The position numbers and the translations under genes were made by a program. The notes under the pieces are model-generated. The model was not told the DNA's origin and did no database searches. It was given only the letters and a program-made list of their open reading frames with translations. Of a DNA stretch of 64,000 nt, positions 9,438 through 18,055 are shown in pieces (position 1 is the stretch's first letter; each line of letters begins with the position of its first letter). The DNA comes from Candidatus Algichlamydia australiensis (GTDB taxonomy: Bacteria > Chlamydiota > Chlamydiia > Chlamydiales > JAJFMI01): contig JAXCHI010000004.1 of NCBI GenBank assembly GCA_033977065.1, forward strand, positions 64,001-128,000. The letters are read 5' to 3'.

Positions 9438-11279
9438 TTACTGTAAACTGATTGAGTTTGCCTCTGTAGCTTCAAAATTAATAAGAGTGATAGTGGGAGC
9501 TGTTAAGTTAAAAAAGCTGGAATTTGAACTCTCTGCTTTTCCCTTAAAGAGAATGGTATTTGTCGCCTCGATATCAGCCCCGTGAGAATCAGAGAAATGA
9601 AAGAAGGCGTTGCTACCTTCTAAAAAGCAAGCAGTATCAGTTACATTGATTGCAACACTCTTTGAATTGTTAAGTGTAAACTCGCTTTGCACATTAAATA
9701 TTTGGGTATGAGCGGTCAAGGCTATGTCAGTAAGAGAGAAAGGAGCTTGAAAATGTACCATATCTGTGGCGTTTAGTGTTAAAGCATTTCCATTTGTAGG
9801 ATCCCCTTTATAAAAGAAGCTTGCTGAGAAGAGGATGGCGTAGTCGGCATTTAGAGTGAGATTTCCTACAGAAGGGCTTTGTGCTGTATAATCAAAATTG
9901 CTTGTAACTTCAATGATTCCGGGCTGATTCTCATCAGAAGTCGTTGAGATGATGACGTTCGCACTGTCTAAAGCGGAATAGAGATCGTCTAAATTGAGCA
10001 TTGCTGTTGGAAGTGTTGGCGTGAAGACATCGGGATTTTCAGAGTTAAATGAGCCCCCAATAGTAGAGGCGTTAGAGATCTGAATATTGGAAGGGTCGAT
10101 GAGAAATGTACCCATTTCTCCATTTTCTGCTTGTGCGTCGACTTCGCCCTGGTAGACCCACCCCTCTCTTCCTGAAATCTCAATAAATCCGCCATTACCG
10201 CGTTTCTCTCCACCTGTCACAGAGGCTTTGCCGAGGAAAGTTGTCTGCTCCTCTGACCAGACAATAATTTTTCCCCCATCGCCTTCAATACCGGCATCTG
10301 CAAGCAGCAGAGCTCCCTTTTCTACAGTTGTTTTTTTCGCATTTTGCAGCAAGGGGTCTTCTCCTCTCTCTCCTCCGCCTATAAATAGGCTGCCACCACC
10401 AGAGTTTGCAGAAAGAGAGATAAGAGCATCCTCTGCGATGAGTACCTCATCGCCTAAAATAGTCGCACTGGCATGCGAATTTTCTCCAAGAATTTTTGCT
10501 CCCTTATCAACTAGAGTCTTGCCCCTTTCAGCAGAGAGAAGAACTTCTCCGCCCTCTGTAGAAATTGTTGTTGCATCAATGAGACCACTGTGTCGAATGG
10601 CAACAGAATAGGGATTGTTTTTAGCCCGAAGAGAGATTTTTTCTGCAATAAGAGCGCCCGAATTTTCAATACTCCCGAGCTCCTTAGCATCCATTTCAAT
10701 CACAAATTTTTCAGATTCAGAAGGCTGTATAAGAATTTTGTCAGCTGCACCGAGACAGATTGCCCCACTTTTTGCTTCGATAGTACCCGCATTTTCTACA
10801 GCTGTTGAGAGCAGAAAGACACTTCCATGAAGCGCCTCAATAGAGCCCAAGTTGACAACAGCCCTCTCTCCACCAGCAAGCTGCATCGGCTCACCCGAGA
10901 AAAATGCATCTGGATTTTTTAACTCATGAGTGGCAGCAAAAAAACTCCCGACACGAACTTTGGCATCTTTTCCAATGAGAATCCCATTTGGATTAAGGAA
11001 AAAGAGCTTTCCGTTTGACTCCAATGAGCCTAATATTTCTGTCGGATCGTAAAGGACTTGATTGAGAACAGCGGATAAATGATCGGGTTGATGAAAGTAG
11101 ACAGAGGCCTCTTTCGGGATGGAGAATCTCTCCCATAAGATATGCGTTTTGTTATTGGCAGTTTTTACCGTAAGCCCTTTTTCGTTGCGGGCAAACTTTG
11201 CCTCTCCGCTCAAAACTTTTGGGTTAATTTGGTGGCTGCTTAGTGCAGAAGTTAAAAGGGCAAGATAAATCAACTTCAT
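9438..11279 (-). CDS. Second two-partner secretion passenger (TpsA paralog), 613 aa
   Basis: Signal peptide; FHQPD..AVLNQV..ILGSLESNGKLFFLNPNGI; GGFIEISG; collinear with the first ~480 aa of the 1225-aa protein. Confidence 0.88.
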   Translation of the reverse strand: MKLIYLALLTSALSSHQINPKVLSGEAKFARNEKGLTVKTANNKTHILWERFSIPKEASVYFHQPDHLSAVLNQVLYDPTEILGSLESNGKLFFLNPNGILIGKDAKVRVGSFFAATHELKNPDAFFSGEPMQLAGGERAVVNLGSIEALHGSVFLLSTAVENAGTIEAKSGAICLGAADKILIQPSESEKFVIEMDAKELGSIENSGALIAEKISLRAKNNPYSVAIRHSGLIDATTISTEGGEVLLSAERGKTLVDKGAKILGENSHASATILGDEVLIAEDALISLSANSGGGSLFIGGGERGEDPLLQNAKKTTVEKGALLLADAGIEGDGGKIIVWSEEQTTFLGKASVTGGEKRGNGGFIEISGREGWVYQGEVDAQAENGEMGTFLIDPSNIQISNASTIGGSFNSENPDVFTPTLPTAMLNLDDLYSALDSANVIISTTSDENQPGIIEVTSNFDYTAQSPSVGNLTLNADYAILFSASFFYKGDPTNGNALTLNATDMVHFQAPFSLTDIALTAHTQIFNVQSEFTLNNSKSVAINVTDTACFLEGSNAFFHFSDSHGADIEATNTILFKGKAESSNSSFFNLTAPTITLINFEATEANSISLQ

Positions 11280-11288
11280 AATTTTTTT

Positions 11289-13028
11289 TTAGTAATTTGC
11301 AATGACGCCAAGATGCCACCTTCCAAAAGAGGCGTTTGGTTCAAATTGAGTTTTATTTAATTTAATCCCGTAGTCAACACGGACATATAAATGGGGATCG
11401 ACAACGAGTCGCAGGCCTGGTCCAACACCGCCAAGCCAATCAAAATTTTTGATTCCGGGAGTCTTTATGTGGTCCCATCCTGCGCCATAATCAAAAAAGG
11501 CGAGCAGGCGAAAGTATTTTCTAATCGCTGGAGTAATAAACTCTATACTACCCAAAAGACCATTATCTTTATTGACATCTCGATAATCGTAACCACGAAC
11601 GGTATCGTAGCCACCTAAACCAAATTGCTCACTTGCCAGGAGATTAGCGGAAGAGAATTGTGCTTTTAAGTGAAGAGAGAGGCCGAAATCATGGGGGAGA
11701 AGAAAATAGGGCTTAGCAGAAGCATTCGCATAAACATAGGTATTGTTGGCCTTGAATCGTAAAGATTCAAAGTCTGCTCTGGATTGATCATTGAAAATAC
11801 TACCAGGCATATAGTAAACGCCCGCCTCAAGAGGTACCTTTACATTCTCATGCTCGTAAATTCCAAAGTAGGTGAAAGCAAGTTGAGAGATTAAAGTTGT
11901 GCTCCCAATAAGAAGCTGGTCACCAAAGACAAGGTTCGTATTTGTACTTTTAAAATCGGCGCCAAAAGAGAGGTCATGCACATATTTTTGGCCTAAAGCG
12001 CGGAGAGGAAATGTGTAGCGCCCGCTTACCTGCCAAGCGTGTCCTCTATTGCGCATATTTGTAATCTCTTCAGTGGGCTTAAACTTTGAGTAACCCCCGT
12101 AGAATGTGAGGAGGTTTTTGCCATAAAAAGGAATGGCGTAACTTCCTGTAGAAGACCAGTAACGATTGAAGTTTGTCGACTCTGTTTGCTGAAATGTGAG
12201 GATATGTCCCAAGTTCCATACGTTAGCCCAGTTGAAGCCAGCATAGAGACGCCCCTTTCCTGTCGACTCGATCCCCGTATTATCAGCACCTGCATAGATT
12301 TGGAAAGTCCTGCGATCACGAACAACATAGTCAACAGAAGTTGTCATATCTTGCTCACCTGGTTTAAAGAGGACAGAAGCCTCTCGCATAGGATTTTTAT
12401 TGATCCAATAAAGATCGTTCGCAATGACACCCGTGTCGACACGATCACCGGGCTTCAAGTCAATTAAGTCTTCAAGAACACAAGTGGAAAAATGCGTATT
12501 GCAACTCACTGTAACAGCATCTACACAGCTCTCATGAACTTCGAATCGGAGCACACCTTCACTCACTTTTTGTTCAGGAGTTGTAATTAGAATAAAGGGA
12601 TGGGAATTTTCCCTATAAAAAGTTGTGATTGCTTCTTTTAAACAGGAGATTTGCTCTGGGCAGATGCCCTTTCCTATAAAAGGACGCAAACACTTAGCGA
12701 GCTTGCGAATGCTACAGGGAAGAGAGAGTCCACGTATTTCGACATTACAATCTTTTAAAATCGGCCCGTCTTTACAATAGGGTGACTCAATAATGATTTT
12801 TTCAATAATACCTGAATTGCATTCAGTTGTAACTGGACAGCACCCCTTCTGATCTTTTTCCTCAAGAGAGGGAAGGCCGCGCTCTTCTGGGGGAGTAATG
12901 CTCTCATACTCCTTTTCTGTTTTTTTGAGTGAGTCTACTGGTTGAAGCTCTGAGAATTCTACCTTCTCTATCTCGTGGGAGAAGAGGGAGATAAAGAAAA
13001 GATTTATAACTATAAATAAATTTCGCAT
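11289..13028 (-). CDS. TpsB outer-membrane transporter (ShlB/FhaC/HecB family)
   Basis: POTRA-like region (PEQKVSEGVLRFEVHE), DNTG..STGK.R, EQFGLGGYDTVRGY (VRGY motif), terminal aromatic residue; adjacent to TpsA genes. Confidence 0.92.
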   Translation of the reverse strand: MRNLFIVINLFFISLFSHEIEKVEFSELQPVDSLKKTEKEYESITPPEERGLPSLEEKDQKGCCPVTTECNSGIIEKIIIESPYCKDGPILKDCNVEIRGLSLPCSIRKLAKCLRPFIGKGICPEQISCLKEAITTFYRENSHPFILITTPEQKVSEGVLRFEVHESCVDAVTVSCNTHFSTCVLEDLIDLKPGDRVDTGVIANDLYWINKNPMREASVLFKPGEQDMTTSVDYVVRDRRTFQIYAGADNTGIESTGKGRLYAGFNWANVWNLGHILTFQQTESTNFNRYWSSTGSYAIPFYGKNLLTFYGGYSKFKPTEEITNMRNRGHAWQVSGRYTFPLRALGQKYVHDLSFGADFKSTNTNLVFGDQLLIGSTTLISQLAFTYFGIYEHENVKVPLEAGVYYMPGSIFNDQSRADFESLRFKANNTYVYANASAKPYFLLPHDFGLSLHLKAQFSSANLLASEQFGLGGYDTVRGYDYRDVNKDNGLLGSIEFITPAIRKYFRLLAFFDYGAGWDHIKTPGIKNFDWLGGVGPGLRLVVDPHLYVRVDYGIKLNKTQFEPNASFGRWHLGVIANY

Positions 13029-13142
13029 TCCCCCTTTCTATCAAAAAAAATCTCTGAGATCAAGCTTGAACAAAAATAATCCCTTCATCTATACTTGGCC
13101 TCTCAGGGAAAGACTGAGTTGTTCAGGCTTTCTTCATAGAGC

Positions 13143-13214
13143 TGGGGTGTAGCCAAGTGGTAAGGCAGCGGTTTTTGGTACCGCCATGCGCAGGTTCGAA
13201 TCCTGCCACCCCAA
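13143..13214 (+). tRNA. tRNA-Gln (anticodon TTG)
   Basis: Acceptor stem tggggtg/cacccca, D arm agccaagtggtaaggc, anticodon arm gcggt-ttTTGgt-accgc, T arm ggttcgaatcc; CCA not encoded. Confidence 0.96.
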
Positions 13215-13224
13215 AAAAAGTTTA

Positions 13225-13312
13225 TAATGGTGAGATAGGCGTGTAGACCGTGGCTAATCTTTAGTCTCTATCTTCTTCAATTGTAGGGCATCTCGCCCTT
13301 ATCTCTCCGTTA
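13225..13312 (+). promoter_or_regulatory. Structured leader between tRNA-Gln and rplY (candidate cis-regulatory RNA)
   Basis: taatggtgagataggcg can pair with cgcccttatctctccgtta; internal hairpins ggctaa-tct-ttagtc and agggc-atctc-gccct. Confidence 0.4.
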
Positions 13313-13341
13313 CTAAAAAGTTAAAAGAAGGAATGTGTCCA

Positions 13342-13902
13342 ATGACAACATTGAAGACGAGTAGCCGTGAAGGCAAAAAACGCAGTGAGCTAACGAAGAT
13401 TCGCCACGAAGGGGATATTCCCGCTGTATTTTATTCAGCTGGCGAGGAGTGCCACAACCTGCGCGTTGATGGTAGCGAATTTCGTGCGGCGTTGCGCGGA
13501 TTAAAATTAGGTCATCTGCCAACAACTGTTTTTGAAATTACCATAGGTGGAAAAAAACAGAAAGTGATCGTGCGTGACATCCAATACAAACCGACAACAT
13601 ATGAAATTTTGCATCTTGACCTTCACAAGCTTGATGACAAGCGCTTAGTGGAAGTCAATGTTCCAATTGAGTGTGAAGGTGTAGCCGATTCTGTCGGGAT
13701 TAAGCTTGGTGGTGTTTTGAGAAAAGTAAAACGTCACGTGAAAGTACGCTGTTTGCCGAAGGATATGCCTAAGCAGTTCACGATTGATGTGCGCAATCTT
13801 GCAATGAACCAGTCAAGCCGTGTAAATCAGCTTGATATTCCCAAGGGCGTAGAGGTTCTTTTAAAAGAGCAAGACGTTCTTGTGGTTATCGCGAAAAAGT
13901 AA
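13342..13902 (+). CDS. rplY: 50S ribosomal protein L25/Ctc
   Basis: IRHEGDIPAVFY, VRDIQYKP...ILHLD, GIKLGGVL; start 13342 chosen from RBS spacing. Confidence 0.96.
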   Translation: MTTLKTSSREGKKRSELTKIRHEGDIPAVFYSAGEECHNLRVDGSEFRAALRGLKLGHLPTTVFEITIGGKKQKVIVRDIQYKPTTYEILHLDLHKLDDKRLVEVNVPIECEGVADSVGIKLGGVLRKVKRHVKVRCLPKDMPKQFTIDVRNLAMNQSSRVNQLDIPKGVEVLLKEQDVLVVIAKK

Positions 13903-13905
13903 ACG

Positions 13906-14481
13906 ATGTATCTAGTTGTAGGTCTTGGAAACCCGGGTAAACGCTATGAACTTACGCGCCACAACATGGGATTTGAAGTGGTGCAAGGGCTAGCAAGTAA
14001 ACATGGGATGAGTTTTAAAAGCGCACAGCGCTTTGGAGCCGACCTTGCCAAGGGAGAACTTTTTGGCAAGGAGGTACTCATCGCTCTGCCGATGACCTAC
14101 ATGAATTTGTCAGGTAATGCAGTACGCAAGATTTTGGATTTTTACAAAATTCCAATTGAAAAACTGCTGGTTGTTGCCGACGATGTGGCAATAGATTATG
14201 GCCGACTGCGTCTGCGCACTAAAGGAAGTAGCGGTGGACAGAAGGGCCTGCAGCACATAGAGGAGCTTCTCTCTACAAAGGAGTATTCAAGGCTCCGTAT
14301 TGGAATTGGAGATAGAGAGCATGGCGATTTAGCCGACTATGTTCTGGGGAAATTAACAGAGGAGGAGCGAGAGCTTTTGCCTCAGATCGTAAGAGGCGCC
14401 ATAGAGGCAATTGAGACCTGGCTCGACAAGGGAACAGACGAGGCCATTCCTCTTGCAAACGGATTTATAACGGAGAATTAA
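13906..14481 (+). CDS. pth: Peptidyl-tRNA hydrolase
   Basis: LVVGLGNPG..Y..TRHN.GF, TYMNLSG, RLRIGIG. Confidence 0.97.
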   Translation: MYLVVGLGNPGKRYELTRHNMGFEVVQGLASKHGMSFKSAQRFGADLAKGELFGKEVLIALPMTYMNLSGNAVRKILDFYKIPIEKLLVVADDVAIDYGRLRLRTKGSSGGQKGLQHIEELLSTKEYSRLRIGIGDREHGDLADYVLGKLTEEERELLPQIVRGAIEAIETWLDKGTDEAIPLANGFITEN

Positions 14482-14485
14482 TTAG

Positions 14486-14824
14486 ATGAAAGAGAGAAAC
14501 CAACTTTATGAGGGCATGTACATCATCAGCTCCTCTCTGAGTGAAGATGCGAGAGGCAAAGCCTTAAGTCGCATCACCTCTTCAATTGAAGAGCGCGGTG
14601 GAAAGATTGAGAAGACCCACGACTGGGGTCGTCGCAAACTTGCCTACGCAATTGATCGCAAAAAAGAGGGGCACTTCTACATCCTCTATTACCTACTACC
14701 AGCATCTCAAATGAAAGAACTTTGGCAAGAGTACAAACTGAATGAAGATCTCTTGCGCTTTATGACGCTGCAAGCGGATGAAGTAAAAGAGAAAATTGAA
14801 TTTAAACCCCTAAATCCGAGTTAA
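14486..14824 (+). CDS. rpsF: 30S ribosomal protein S6
   Basis: [25 protein letters not shown]. Confidence 0.97.
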   Translation: MKERNQLYEGMYIISSSLSEDARGKALSRITSSIEERGGKIEKTHDWGRRKLAYAIDRKKEGHFYILYYLLPASQMKELWQEYKLNEDLLRFMTLQADEVKEKIEFKPLNPS

Positions 14825-14828
14825 AGAT

Positions 14829-15074
14829 ATGTCTACAAAAAACGGTTACCCAAGCGGCTTTTCACGCAAGCGCAAAGGCTGCCCCTTTGTCTCTGCGGGG
14901 ATTAAAGAGATCGATTACAAAGATGTCGAGACACTCAAGCAGTTTATTACAGATCGCGGCAAAATTTTGCCACGTCGTATCACAGGAGTCTCTCACTACT
15001 TCCAAAAAAGATTAACCCATGCCATTAAGCGCGCGCGCTACATGTCATTACTGCCATTTTCGGCAAACGATTAA
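14829..15074 (+). CDS. rpsR: 30S ribosomal protein S18
   Basis: [32 protein letters not shown]. Confidence 0.98.
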   Translation: MSTKNGYPSGFSRKRKGCPFVSAGIKEIDYKDVETLKQFITDRGKILPRRITGVSHYFQKRLTHAIKRARYMSLLPFSAND

Positions 15075-15086
15075 GGGGCTAAAGTC

Positions 15087-15605
15087 ATGAAGCAGAAAGA
15101 ACTACTACTACTAGAAGATGTTGTGGGACTTGGTCGCAAAGGCGAGCTTGTTTCTAACATGAAACCGGGATATGTACGCAACTACTTACTCCCACAGCAA
15201 AAGGCTGTGATTGCAGACAAGCGCACACTTCGCATGCAGGAGCGTTTGAAAGCAGAGCGTGCAGCACAAGCGGCTTCAGATCGCAAAGCGTCTGAAGAGA
15301 TCAAAGCAAAAATTGATGGGAAATCTTTTGAAGTGACTGTCAAAGTTGATCCAGAAGGACACCTTTACGGTTCTGTCTCGACAGCAGATGTTCAAGCACT
15401 ACTTGAGCAAGAAGGAGTTCTAGTAGAGCGCCATATGATTCGCATTGGTGGTGCTATCAAAAAATTGGGAACACACAATGTTCCTCTTAAGTTAAAAGAA
15501 GATGTAACAGCAGCCGTTACATTGAAAATTCTTCCCGACCATCCAATTGAGGAAAAAAAGGAAGAAGCTACAAAGAGTGAAAAAGAAGAGCCCAGCGAAG
15601 GTTAA
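15087..15605 (+). CDS. rplI: 50S ribosomal protein L9
   Basis: LLEDVVGLGRKGE..KPGYVRNYLLP, GHLYGSVS. Confidence 0.97.
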   Translation: MKQKELLLLEDVVGLGRKGELVSNMKPGYVRNYLLPQQKAVIADKRTLRMQERLKAERAAQAASDRKASEEIKAKIDGKSFEVTVKVDPEGHLYGSVSTADVQALLEQEGVLVERHMIRIGGAIKKLGTHNVPLKLKEDVTAAVTLKILPDHPIEEKKEEATKSEKEEPSEG

Positions 15606-16314
15606 CCTCTTTTTCCGCGTACTCAAAAAGCGCTCGGATGGCTACCACGAGATCTATACCCTGATGTGCAAGGTCCCTCACCTTGCAGATCTGGTCTCGG
15701 TAGAACTCTCCGAGCGTGATTTTTTGAGCTGCTCTAATCCCCAAATTCCTACAGACAAAACCAACCTTGCTTCCAAGGCTCTAAATCTTTTCCGCCAAGA
15801 GACCGGCTTAAGCTTTTCTGCAAACATTCATTTGGAGAAAGAGATTCCCGTCGAAGCGGGCCTTGGAGGAGGCAGCTCCAATGCTGCAACAGTTCTTACT
15901 CTTCTCAACAGCCTTCATAACAACCCACTGACAAAACAAGATTTGATGACCCTTGGTGCTAAACTTGGGAGCGATGTTCCCTTCTTCTTTGCTCAGCAAG
16001 CTGCTGTCGTCTCAGGAATGGGAGAGAAGGTGGAAGAAATCATTCTCCCAGATCTTGGTCAAATTAAAATTTTTAAACCTAGCTACGGCCTCTCTACAAA
16101 AGAGATTTACTCTCACACCACACCCCAAGCATCTCCAGATCCAGAACAGCTTTTGCAATCTTTTCTGTGTGGGACACCTCTGTTTCATAACGATTTAGAG
16201 AGTGCTGCTTATAAACTCCGTCCGGAGCTTTTTTCCTTTCGAAAAAACCTGGAAAAGCAGTATAATAGTACCTCCATGACAGGGAGTGGGACCGCACACT
16301 TCACTTTAATGTAG
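15577..16314 (+). CDS. ispE: 4-diphosphocytidyl-2-C-methyl-D-erythritol kinase
   Basis: PAKVNLF, DGYHEI, KEIPVEAGLGGGSSNAA, LGSDVPFF, MTGSG; likely GTG start at 15577. Confidence 0.95.
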   Translation: MKKKSPAKVNLFFRVLKKRSDGYHEIYTLMCKVPHLADLVSVELSERDFLSCSNPQIPTDKTNLASKALNLFRQETGLSFSANIHLEKEIPVEAGLGGGSSNAATVLTLLNSLHNNPLTKQDLMTLGAKLGSDVPFFFAQQAAVVSGMGEKVEEIILPDLGQIKIFKPSYGLSTKEIYSHTTPQASPDPEQLLQSFLCGTPLFHNDLESAAYKLRPELFSFRKNLEKQYNSTSMTGSGTAHFTLM

Positions 16315-16323
16315 GAGGGAATA

Positions 16324-16650
16324 ATGGCATCAACATTACCAGTTCAGGGATCAGAAACTCAAAATTATGTTGTGTACAAAACGAATGAAGAGTTAAAAGG
16401 GGTTCGTTTTGTTGCGCAGAATTTTCTGATTATGCCAGGAGCTTGTCTATCTTTAACTGAGTCAGAAGTTCAATGTAGGAATTTTATCTGTTTGGGTAGG
16501 CTAATTGAAGATTCCTCAAAATTTATAATTTCTGGTAAACATTTGTTTGCTTTTAATGGCAGCTTTGAAGAGCTAGCAAATATCATGCAGTTCACCCCAG
16601 AGGAGAGACTAAAAGCATCTCAAAAGTTTTATCCTGGAGGGGGATCATGA
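16324..16650 (+). CDS. Hypothetical protein (paralog of next gene)
   Basis: Strong RBS (aggaggg); shares F.A....IMP.A.LS......C.....LG.L pattern with 16647-17021. Confidence 0.7.
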   Translation: MASTLPVQGSETQNYVVYKTNEELKGVRFVAQNFLIMPGACLSLTESEVQCRNFICLGRLIEDSSKFIISGKHLFAFNGSFEELANIMQFTPEERLKASQKFYPGGGS

Positions 16651-17021
16651 CAGCAGTTCCGGTTACTGATGAGAGTCGTTGCCTTGAAGGGCAGCAAGTT
16701 ACCGTTAGAGGCTCACTTTATGAAAGTTTGGTTGTATGTAAAGATCGTACAATCCAGAACGCAACTTTTCTAGCAAAGCATATTATCATTATGCCAAATG
16801 CTACGCTGTCTATAAAGAACGTAATTCTTTGTTGTGAGAGAGTAGTTGTTCTTGGGAAGTTAAAACATAAAAATCTTATACCTCATTTGAAAGGCGATTT
16901 TGAGCAAGATATGACCGATGATCCCAAAGAAATAGAGAAAGAGTTTGGGTTTTTTGAAGACGACAGTAAGCGTATTTCTTCAATTTTAAAAGAATTCAAG
17001 GAATTGAGAAAAAAAGATTAG
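16647..17021 (+). CDS. Hypothetical protein (paralog of previous gene)
   Basis: ATGA overlap with upstream gene; RBS ggaggggg; shared motif. Confidence 0.7.
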   Translation: MTAVPVTDESRCLEGQQVTVRGSLYESLVVCKDRTIQNATFLAKHIIIMPNATLSIKNVILCCERVVVLGKLKHKNLIPHLKGDFEQDMTDDPKEIEKEFGFFEDDSKRISSILKEFKELRKKD

Positions 17022-17050
17022 TCTGTCATCCTCGTATAAAAGGATAAGAG

Positions 17051-18055
17051 ATGCAGAAAAAGATTTTCTATGATCAACTAATTGTCATTACAGGCGCTGC
17101 AGGTTTTATTGGTTCAGGTGTTGTGCGCCACCTTAATGATTTAGGCTATTCTAATTTGCTTCTTGTTGATGATTTTGGCGAGAGCGAGAAGTGGAAAAAT
17201 TTACATCACAAAAAATACTCTGAAATTGTTTCGCGCTATGAACTTTTTGATTGGTTGAAAGGGCGCGAGCGTGAAATTGAAGCGTTTATTCATCTTGGTG
17301 CCTGCTCTGATACGACAGAGACCGATGGCGATTATATAATGGAGAATAACTACCGCTACTCCATTAAACTTGCCGAATACGCTTTGCAGCATGAGCACCG
17401 CTTTATCTACGCCTCTTCTGCGGCCACATATGGTGACGGAAGCCAAGGCTTTGTTGATGATCATGAGAAGTTAGAAGAGTTAGAGCCGCTGAACTTGTAC
17501 GGGTATTCCAAGCACGCTTTTGACCTTTGGATTAAGCAACACGGGGCACTTGATCAAGCGGTTGGTTTGAAATACTTTAATGTCTTTGGTCCCAACGAAG
17601 CGCACAAAGGACGCATGGCTTCCATGGTCTACCATATGACAAAACCCGCTAAAGAAGAGGGAAAAGTCAAACTTTTCAAATCCTCAGATCCAAAAAACTT
17701 TGGTGATGGAGAGCAGTGCCGTGATTTTATCTATGTCAAAGATGCCGCTGCAATTACATGCAGTTTTTTAGATAACTCTATCGGCGGAATTTTTAATGTG
17801 GGCCGCGGTGAAGCGGTCGCATGGAATACTGTTGCAAAAGCAATTTTCAAAGCTATAGGTAAGCCTGGTAACATAGAATACATCGATATGCCAAAAGATC
17901 TTTTGGGTAAGTACCAAAACTTTACGCAAGCGGATTTGAAAAAATACAAGAAAGCTTTTGCAAAAGAGGATCTTAAACCGCACAGCTGTCAAGGAATTGA
18001 AGAGGCGGTAGCCGACTACGTGCAAAACTATCTTCTCACAGGGAAAAAATGGTAA
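17051..18055 (+). CDS. hldD: ADP-L-glycero-D-manno-heptose 6-epimerase
   Basis: ITGAAGFIGS, HLGACSDTTE, YASSAATYG, PLNLYGYSK, YFNVFGPNEAHKGRMAS, RDFIYVKD. Confidence 0.96.
   Translation: MQKKIFYDQLIVITGAAGFIGSGVVRHLNDLGYSNLLLVDDFGESEKWKNLHHKKYSEIVSRYELFDWLKGREREIEAFIHLGACSDTTETDGDYIMENNYRYSIKLAEYALQHEHRFIYASSAATYGDGSQGFVDDHEKLEELEPLNLYGYSKHAFDLWIKQHGALDQAVGLKYFNVFGPNEAHKGRMASMVYHMTKPAKEEGKVKLFKSSDPKNFGDGEQCRDFIYVKDAAAITCSFLDNSIGGIFNVGRGEAVAWNTVAKAIFKAIGKPGNIEYIDMPKDLLGKYQNFTQADLKKYKKAFAKEDLKPHSCQGIEEAVADYVQNYLLTGKKW

Noticed and set aside
5714..13028. Contact-dependent inhibition (CdiBAI) system
   Set aside because: The passengers are short, with no VENN-type motif, no C-terminal toxin domain and no downstream immunity gene
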